NCBI GenBank assembly: GCA_964016885.1
Contig: OZ024741.1
Span: 25,110,001 to 25,174,000, forward strand
Reading direction: 5' to 3'
DNA: 64,000 nucleotides
Source of the DNA: Eledone cirrhosa
Lineage: Eukaryota
The notes below the pieces were generated by a model, which was not told the origin of the DNA, did no database searches, and worked only from the letters and a program-made list of their open reading frames with translations. Each line of letters opens with the position of its first letter. Positions within the stretch are counted from its first letter, which is position 1. The position numbers were made by a program, and so were the translations under genes. Below, piece after piece: positions 54,530 to 64,000 of this stretch.

Positions 54530-57500
54530 AAATATGGTAATGAAAGGGTTAAACAACATAGACAGTGTCTTTTATTAGAAATATGGTAATGAAAGGGTTA
54601 AACAACATAGACAGTGTCTTTTATTAGAAATATGGTAATGAAAGAGTTAAACAACATAGACAGTGTCTTTTATTAGAAATATGGTAATGAAAGAGTTAAA
54701 CAACATAGACAGTGTCTTTTATTAGAAATATGGTAATGAAAGGGTTAAACAACATAGACAGTGTCTTTTATTAGAAATATGGTAATGAAAGGCTTAAACA
54801 ACATAGTCAGTGTCTTTTATTAGAAATATGGTAAAGAAAGAGTTAAACAACATAGACAGTGTCTTTTATTAGAAATATGGTAATGAAAGGGTTAAACAAC
54901 AAATATGGTAATGAAAAGGTTAAACAACATAGACAGTGTCTTTTATTAGAAATATGGTAATGAAAGGGTTAAACAACATAGACAGTGTCTTTTATTAGAA
55001 ATATGTTAATGAAAGGGTTAAACAACATAGACAGTGTGTTTTATTAGAAATATGGTAATGAAAGGGTTAAACAACATAGACAGTGTCTTTTATTAGAAAT
55101 ATGGTAATGAAAGGGTTAAACAACATAGACAGTATCTTTTATTAGAAATATGGTAATGAAAGAGTTAAACAACATAAACAGTGACTTTTATTAGAAATAT
55201 GGTAATGAAAGGGTTAAACAACATAGTGTCTTCTATTAGAAATATGATAATGAAAGGGTTAAACAACATAGACAGTGTCTTTTATTAGAAATATGGTAAT
55301 GAAAGGGTTAAACAACATAGACAGGGTTTTTTATTAGAAATATGGTAATGAAAGGGTTAAACAAAAAATATGGTAATGAAAAGTTTAAACAACATAGACA
55401 GTGTCTTTTATTAGAAATATGATAATGAAAGGGTTAAACAACATAGACAGTGTCTGTTATTAGAAATATGGTAATGAAAGGGTTAAACAACATAGACAGT
55501 GTGTTTTATTAGATATATGGTAATGAAAGGGTTAAACAACATAGACAGTGTGTTTTATTAGAAATATGGTAATGAAAGGGTTAAACAACATAGACAGTAT
55601 CTTTTATTAGAAATATGGTAATGAAAGGGTTCAACAACATAGACAGTGTCTTTTATTAGAAATATGGTAATGAAAGGGTTAAACAACATAGACAGTGTCT
55701 TTTATTAGAAATATGGTAATGAAAGGGTTAAACAACATAGACAGTGTCTTTTATTCGAAATATGGTAATGAAAGAGTTAAACAACATAGACAGTGTCTTT
55801 TATTAGAAATATGGTAATGAAAGGGTTAAACAACATAGACAGTGTATTTTATTAGAAATATGGTAATGAAAGGCTTAAACAACATAGTCAGTGTCTTTTA
55901 TTAGAAATATGGTAATGAAAGAGTTAAACAACATAGACAGTGTCTTTTATTAGAAATATGGTAATGAAAGGGTTAAACAACAAATATGGTAATGAAAAGG
56001 TTAAACAACATAGACAGTGTCTTTTATTAGAAATATGATAATGAAAGGGTTAAACAACATAGACAGTGTCTTTTATTAGAAATATGGTAATGAAAGGGTT
56101 AAACAACATAGACAGTGTCTTTTATTAGAAATATGGTAATGAAAGGCTTAAACAACATAGTCAGTGTCTTTTATTAGAAATATGGGAATGAAAGAGTTAA
56201 ACAACATAGACAGTGTCTTTTATTAGAAATATGGTAATGAAAGGGTTAAACAACAAATATGGTAATGAAAAGGTTAAACAACATAGACAGTGTCTTTTAT
56301 TAGAAATATGGTAATGAAAGGGTTAAACAACATAGACAGTGTCTTTTATTAGAAATATGATAATGAAAGGGTTAAACAACATAGACAGTGTCTTTTATTA
56401 GAAATATGGTAATGAAAGGGTTAAACAACATAGACAGTGTCTTTTATTAGAAATATGGTAATGAAAGAGTTAAACAACATAGAGAGTGTCTTTTATTAGA
56501 AATATGGTAATGAAAGAGTTAAACAACATAGACAGTGTCTTTTATTAGAAATATGGTAATGAAAGGGTTAAACAACATAGACAGTGTCTTTTATTAGAAA
56601 TATGGTAATGAAAGGCTTAAACAACATAGTCAGTGTCTTTTATTAGAAATATGGTAAAGAAAGAGTTAAACAACATAGACAGTGTTTTTTATTAGAAATA
56701 TGGTAATGAAAGGGTTAAACAACAAATATGGTAATGAAAAGGTTAAACAACATAGACAGTGTCTTTTATTAGAAATATGGTAATGAAAGGGTTAAACAAC
56801 ATAGACAGTGTCTTTTATTAGAAATATGTTAATGAAAGGGTTAAACAACATAGACAGTGTGTTTTATTAGAAATATGGTAATGAAAGGGTTAAACAACAT
56901 AGACAGTGTCTTTTATTAGAAATATGGTAATGAAAGGGTTAAACAACATAGACAGTATCTTTTATTAGAAATATGGTAATGAAAGAGTTAAACAACATAG
57001 ACAGTGTCTTTTATTAGAAATATGGTAATGAAAGGGTTAAACAACATAGTGTCTTTTATTAGAAATATGATAATGAAAGGGTTAAACAACATAGACAGTG
57101 TCTTTTATTAGAAATATGGTAATGAAAGGGTTAAACAACATAGACAGGGTTTTTTATTAGAAATATGGTAATGAAAGGGTTAAACAAAAAATATGGTAAT
57201 GAAAAGTTTAAACAACATAGACAGTGTCTTTTATTAGAAATATGATAATGAAAGGGTTAAACAACATAGACAGTGTCTGTTATTAGAAATATGGTAATGA
57301 AAGGGTTAAACAACATAGACAGTGTGTTTTATTAGATATATGGTAATGAAAGGGTTAAACAACATAGACAGTGTGTTTTATTAGAAATATGGTAATGAAA
57401 GGGTTAAACAACATAGACAGTATCTTTTATTAGAAATATGGTAATGAAAGGGTTCAACAACATAGACAGTGTCTTTTATTAGAAATATGGTAATGAAAGG

Positions 57501-59700
57501 GTTAAACAACATAGACAGTGTCTTTTATTAGAAATATGGTAATGAAAGGGTTAAACAACATAGACAGTGTCTTTTATTCGAAATATGGTAATGAAAGAGT
57601 TAAACAACATAGACAGTGTCTTTTATTAGAAATATGGTAATGAAAGGGTTAAACAACATAGACAGTGTATTTTATTAGAAATATGGTAATGAAAGGCTTA
57701 AACAACATAGTCAGTGTCTTTTATTAGAAATATGGTAATGAAAGAGTTAAACAACATAGACAGTGTCTTTTATTAGAAATATGGTAATGAAAGGGTTAAA
57801 CAACAAATATGGTAATGAAAAGGTTAAACAACATAGACAGTGTCTTTTATTAGAAATATGATAATGAAAGGGTTAAACAACATAGACAGTGTCTTTTATT
57901 AGAAATATGGTAATGAAAGGCTTAAACAACATAGTCAGTGTCTTTTATTAGAAATATGGTAATGAAAGAGTTAAACAACATAGACAGTGTCTTTTATTAG
58001 AAATATGGTAATGAAAGGGTTAAACAACAAATATGGTAATGAAAAGGTTAAACAACATAGACAGTGTCTTTTATTAGAAATATGGTAATGAAAGGGTTAA
58101 ACAACATAGACAGTGTCTTTTATTAGAAATATGATAATGAAAGGGTTAAACAACATAGACAGTGTGTTTTATTAGAAATATGGTAATGAAAGGGTTAAAC
58201 AACATAGACAGTGTCTTTTATTAGAAATATGGTAATGAAAGGGTTAAACAACATAGACAGTATCTTTTATTAGAAATATGGTAATGAAAGAGTTAAACAA
58301 CATAGACAGTGTCTTTTATTAGAAATATGGTAATGAAAGGGTTAAACAACAAATATGGTAATGAAAAGGTTAAACAACATAGACAGTGTCTTTTATTAGA
58401 AATATGATAATGAAAGGGTTAAACAATATAGACAGTGTCTTTTATTAGAAATATGATAATGAAAGGGTTAAACAACATAGACAGTGTCTTTTATTAGAAA
58501 TAGAGTAATGAAAGGGTTAAACAACATAGACAGGGTTTTTTATTAGAAATATGATAATGAAAGGGTTAAACAACATAGACAGTGTCTTTTATTAGAAATA
58601 TGGTAATGAAAGGGTTAAACAACATAGACAGTGTCTTTTATTATAAATATGTTAATGAAAGGGTTAAACAACATAGACAGTGTGTTTTATTAGAAATATG
58701 GTAATGAAAGGGTTAAACAACATAGACAGTGTCTTTTATTAGAAATATGGTAATGAAAGGGTTAAACAACATAGACAGTATCTTTTATTAGAAATATGGT
58801 AATGAAAGAGTTAAACAACATAGACAGTGTCTTTTATTAGAAATATGGTAATGAAAGGGTTAAACAACATAGTGTCTTCTATTAGAAATATGATAATGAA
58901 AGGGTTAAACAACATAGACAGTGTCTTTTATTAGAAATATGGTAATGAAAGGGTTAAACAACATAGACAGGGTTTTTTATTAGAAATATGGTAATGAAAG
59001 GGTTAAACAAAAAATATGGTAATGAAAAGTTTAAACAACATAGACAGTGTCTTTTATTAGAAATATGATAATGAAAGGGTTAAACAACATAGACAGTGTC
59101 TGTTATTAGAAATATGGTAATGAAAGGGTTAAACAACATAGACAGTGTGTTTTATTAGATATATGGTAATGAAAGGGTTAAACAACATAGACAGTGTGTT
59201 TTATTAGAAATATGGTAATGAAAGGGTTAAACAACATAGACAGTATCTTTTATTAGAAATATGGTAATGAAAGGGTTCAACAACATAGACAGTGTCTTTT
59301 ATTAGAAATATGGTAATGAAAGGGTTAAACAACATAGACAGTGTCTTTTATTAGAAATATGGTAATGAAAGGGTTAAACAACATAGACAGTGTCTTTTAT
59401 TAGAAATATGGTAATGAAAGAGTTAAACAACATAGACAGTGTCTTTTATTAGAAATATGGTAATGAAAGGGTTAAACAACATAGACAGTGTCTTTTATTA
59501 GAAATATGGTAATGAAAGGCTTAAACAACATAGTCAGTGTCTTTTATTAGAAATATGGTAATGAAAGAGTTAAACAACATAGACAGTGTCTTTTATTAGA
59601 AATATGGTAATGAAAGGGTTAAACAACAAATATGGTAATGAAAAGGTTAAACAACATATACAGTGTCTTTTATTAGAAATATGATAATGAAAGGGTTAAA
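54530..59700. repeat. 1823-bp higher-order period (39 monomers: 34x49 + 4x28 + 1x45), two to three copies
   Basis: ATGTTAAT at 55006/56829/58652 and CAGGGTTTT at 55325/57148/58971, each spaced 1823. TATTCGAAA 55756/57579 and GGTAAAGAAAG 54835/56658 also pair at +1823. Confidence 0.88.
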
Positions 59701-62700
59701 CAACATAGACAGTGTCTTTTATTAGAAATATGGTAATGAAAGGGTTAAACAACATAGACAGGGTTTTTTATTAGAAATATGGTAATGAAAGGGTTAAACA
59801 AAAAATATGGTAATGAAAAGTTTAAACAACATAGAGAGTGTCTTTTATTAGAAATATGATAATGAAAGGGTTAAACAACATAGACAGTGTCTGTTATTAG
59901 AAATATGGTAATGAAAGGGTTAAACAACATAGACAGTGTGTTTTATTAGATATATGGTAATGAAAGGGTTAAACAACATAGACAGTGTGTTTTATTAGAA
60001 ATATGGTAATGAAAGGGTTAAACAACATAGACAGTATCTTTTATTAGAAATATGGTAATGAAAGGGTTCAACAACATAGACAGTGTCTTTTATTAGAAAT
60101 ATGGTAATGAAAGGGTTAAACAACATAGACAGTGTCTTTTATTAGAAATATGGTAATGAAAGGGTTAAAAAACATAGACAGTGTCTTTTATTAGAAATAT
60201 GGTAATGAAAGAGTTAAACAACATAGACAGTGTCTTTTATTAGAAATATGGTAATGAAAGAGTTAAACAACATAGACAGTGTCTTTTATTAGAAATATGG
60301 TAATGAAAGGGTTAAACAACATAGACAGTGTCTTTTATTAGAAATATGGTAATGAAAGGCTTAAACAACATAGTCAGTGTCTTTTATTAGAAATATGGTA
60401 AAGAAAGAGTTAAACAACATAGACAGTGTCTTTTATTAGAAATATGGTAATGAAAGGGTTAAACAACAAATATGGTAATGAAAAGGTTAAACAACATAGA
60501 CAGTGTCTTTTATTAGAAATATGATAATGAAAGGGTTAAACAATATAGACAGTGTCTTTTATTAGAAATATGATAATGAAAGGGTTAAACAACATAGACA
60601 GTCTCTTTTATTAGAAATAGAGTAATGAAAGGGTTAAACAACATAGACAGGGTTTTTTATTAGAAATATGATAATGAAAGGGTTAAACAACATAGACAGT
60701 GTCTTTTATTAGAAATATGGTAATGAAAGGGTTAAACAACATAGACAGTGTCTTTTATTAGAAATATGTTAATGAAAGGGTTAAACAACATAGACAGTGT
60801 GTTTTATTAGAAATATGGTAATGAAAGGGTTAAACAACATAGACAGTGTCTTTTATTAGAAATATGGTAATGAAAGGGTTAAACAACATAGACAGTATCT
60901 TTTATTAGAAATATGGTAATGAAAGAGTTAAACAACATAGACAGTGTCTTTTATTAGAAATATGGTAATGAAAGGGTTAAACAACATAGTGTCTTCTATT
61001 AGAAATATGATAATGAAAGGGTTAAACAACATAGACAGTGTCTTTTATTAGAAATATGGTAATGAAAGGGTTAAACAACATAGACAGGGTTTTTTATTAG
61101 AAATATGGTAATGAAAGGGTTAAACAAAAAATATGGTAATGAAAAGTTTAAACAACATAGACAGTGTCTTTTATTAGAAATATGATAATGAAAGGGTTAA
61201 ACAACATAGACAGTGTGTTTTATTAGATATATGGTAATGAAAGGGTTAAACAACATAGACAGTGTGTTTTATTAGAAATATGGTAATGAAAGGGTTAAAC
61301 AACATAGACAGTATCTTTTATTAGAAATATGGTAATGAAAGGGTTCAACAACATAGACAGTGTCTTTTATTAGAAATATGGTAATGAAAGGGTTAAACAA
61401 CATAGACAGTGTCTTTTATTAGAAATATGGTAATGAAAGGGTTAAACAACATAGACAGTGTCTTTTATTAGAAATATGGTAATGAAAGAGTTAAACACCA
61501 TAGACAGTGTCTTTTATTAGAAATATGGTAATGAAAGGGTTAAACAACATAGACAGTGTCTTTTATTAGAAATATGGTAATGAAAGGCTTAAACAACATA
61601 GTCAGTGTCTTTTATTAGAAATATGGTAATGAAAGAGTTAAACAACATAGACAGTGTCTTTTATTAGAAATATGGTAATGAAAGGGTTAAACAACAAATA
61701 TGGTAATGAAAAGGTTAAACAACATAGACAGTGTCTTTTATTAGAAATATGATAATGAAAGTGTTAAACAACATAGACAGTGTCTTTTATTAGAAATATG
61801 GTAATGAAAGGGTTAAACAACATAGACAGTGTCTTTTATTAGAAATATGGTAATGAAAGGCTTAAACAACATAGTCAGTGTCTTTTATTAGAAATATGGT
61901 AATGAAAGAGTTAAACAACATAGACAGTGTCTTTTATTAGAAATATGGTAATGAAAGGGTTAAACAACAAATATGGTAATGAAACGGTTAAACAATATAG
62001 ACAGTGTCTTTTATTAGAAATATGGTAATGAAAGGGTTAAACAACATAGACAGTGTCTTTTATTAGAAATATGATAATGAAAGGGTTAAACAACATAGAC
62101 AGTGTGTTTTATTAGAAATATGGTAATGAAAGGGTTAAACAACATAGACAGTGTCTTTTATTAGAAATATGGTAATGAAAGGGTTAAACAACATAGACAG
62201 TATCTTTTATTAGAAATATGGTAATGAAAGAGTTAAACAACATAGACAGTGTCTTTTATTAGAAATATGGTAATGAAAGGGTTAAACAACAAATATGGTA
62301 ATGAAAAGTTTAAACAACATAGACAGTGTCTTTTATTAGAAATATGATAATGAAAGGGTTAAACAACATAGACAGTGTCTTTTATTAGAAATATGGTAAT
62401 GAAAGAGTTAAACAACATAGACAGTGTCTTTTATTAGAAATATGGTAATGAAAGGGTTAAACAACATAGACAGTGTCTTTTATTAGAAATATGGTAATGA
62501 AAGGCTTAAACAACATAGTCAGTGTCTTTTATTAGAAATATGATAATGAAAGGGTTAAACAACATAGACAGTGTCTTTTATTAGAAATATGGTAATGAAA
62601 GGGTTAAACAACATAGACAGGGTTTTTTATTAGAAATATGGTAATGAAAGGGTTAAACAAAAAATATGGTAATGAAAAGTTTAAACAACATAGACAGTGT

Positions 62701-64000
62701 CTTTTATTAGAAATATGATAATGAAAGGGTTAAACAACATAGACAGTGTCTGTTATTAGAAATATGGTAATGAAAGGGTTAAACAACATAGACAGTGTGT
62801 TTTATTAGATATATGGTAATGAAAGGGTTAAACAACATAGACAGTGTGTTTTATTAGAAATATGGTAATGAAAGGGTTAAACAACATAGACAGTATCTTT
62901 TATTAGAAATATGGTAATGAAAGGGTTCAACAACATAGACAGTGTCTTTTATTAGAAATATGGTAATGAAAGGGTTAAACAACATAGACAGTGTCTTTTA
63001 TTAGAAATATGGTAATGAAAGGGTTAAAAAACATAGACAGTGTCTTTTATTAGAAATATGGTAATGAAAGAGTTAAACAACATAGACAGTGTCTTTTATT
63101 AGAAATATGGTAATGAAAGAGTTAAACAACATAGACAGTGTCTTTTATTAGAAATATGGTAATGAAAGGGTTAAACAACATAGACAGTGTCTTTTATTAG
63201 AAATATGGTAATGAAAGGCTTAAACAACATAGTCAGTGTCTTTTATTAGAAATATGGTAAAGAAAGAGTTAAACAACATAGGCAGTGTCTTTTATTAGAA
63301 ATATGGTAATGAAAGGGTTAAACAACAAATATGGTAATGAAAAGGTTAAACAACATAGACAGTGTCTTTTATTAGAAATATGATAATGAAAGGGTTAAAC
63401 AATATAGACAGTGTCTTTTATTAGAAATATGATAATGAAAGGGTTAAACAACATAGACAGTCTCTTTTATTAGAAATAGAGTAATGAAAGGGTTAAACAA
63501 CATAGACAGGGTTTTTTATTAGAAATATGATAATGAAAGGGTTAAACAACATAGACAGTGTCTTTTATTAGAAATATGGTAATGAAAGGGTTAAACAACA
63601 TAGACAGTGTCTTTTATTAGAAATATGTTAATGAAAGGGTTAAACAACATAGACAGTGTGTTTTATTAGAAATATGGTAATGAAAGGGTTAAACAACATA
63701 GACAGTGTCTTTTATTAGAAATATGGTAATGAAAGGGTTAAACAACATAGACAGTATCTTTTATTAGAAATATGGTAATGAAAGAGTTAAACAACATAGA
63801 CAGTGTCTTTTATTAGAAATATGGTAATGAAAGGGTTAAACAACATAGTGTCTTCTATTAGAAATATGATAATGAAAGGGTTAAACAACATAGACAGTGT
63901 CTTTTATTAGAAATATGGTAATGAAAGGGTTAAACAACATAGACAGGGTTTTTTATTAGAAATATGGTAATGAAAGGGTTAAACAAAAAATATGGTAATG
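59670..64000. repeat. >=1.47-kb duplicated block at offset 2859, truncated by the window end
   Basis: GGTTAAAAAACA 60170/63029, CAGTCTCTT 60603/63462 and ATGTTAAT 60769/63628 all pair at +2859. Confidence 0.9.

Larger units (their letters stand above)
1..64000. repeat. Satellite DNA array, 49-bp AT-rich monomer, head-to-tail, single orientation, extends beyond both window edges
   Basis: Monomer 1-49 (GGTTAAACAACATAGACAGTGTCTTTTATTAGAAATATGGTAATGAAAG) restarts at 50 and recurs to the window end. Most copies differ from consensus by 0-2 substitutions. Composition is A20 T15 G10 C4. No non-repeat sequence or inverted block was seen. Confidence 0.99.

Noticed and set aside
1-64000. CRISPR array
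   Set aside because: There are no unique spacers; the entire 49-bp unit is repeated, and no leader or cas genes are present.
1-64000. Repetitive protein-coding ORF
   Set aside because: The 49-bp unit is not a multiple of 3, so frames rotate each monomer. The plus strand has several TAA/TAG/TGA per unit and the minus strand has TAA in two frames per unit, so no long ORF is possible.
1-64000. Intact or mobilisable piggyBac element
   Set aside because: All TIR-like ends point the same way, and no inverted partner or transposase ORF occurs in the window.
1-64000. Variant order as an information-bearing code or programmed diversification system
   Set aside because: The ordered variants are fully explained by descent through nested duplications. 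No associated enzyme gene, template or target is present.

Overview
The whole 64-kb window is one uninterrupted head-to-tail satellite array, running off both ends, with no genes, RNA genes, CRISPR array or unique insertions. The consensus monomer is 49 bp, GGTTAAACAACATAGACAGTGTCTTTTATTAGAAATATGGTAATGAAAG (14/49 G+C, no CpG), present in roughly 1,300-1,350 copies (estimated from length), all in one orientation. It is interspersed with recurrent 28-bp and 45-bp deletion monomers. Point variants are ordered rather than random: they form recurrent cassettes, a 273-bp 6-mer higher-order unit, many near-perfect duplications with offsets of 0.66-4.6 kb, and region-specific variant domains. The most notable observation is on the minus strand, where each monomer reads TTAA|CCCTTTCATTACCATATTTC...|TTAA. 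This resembles a piggyBac-type element end with its TTAA target site and suggests a satellite amplified from one terminus of a piggyBac-family MITE; this is an inference and needs a database check. The organisation is typical of eukaryotic (probably animal) heterochromatin. I see no coding system here.
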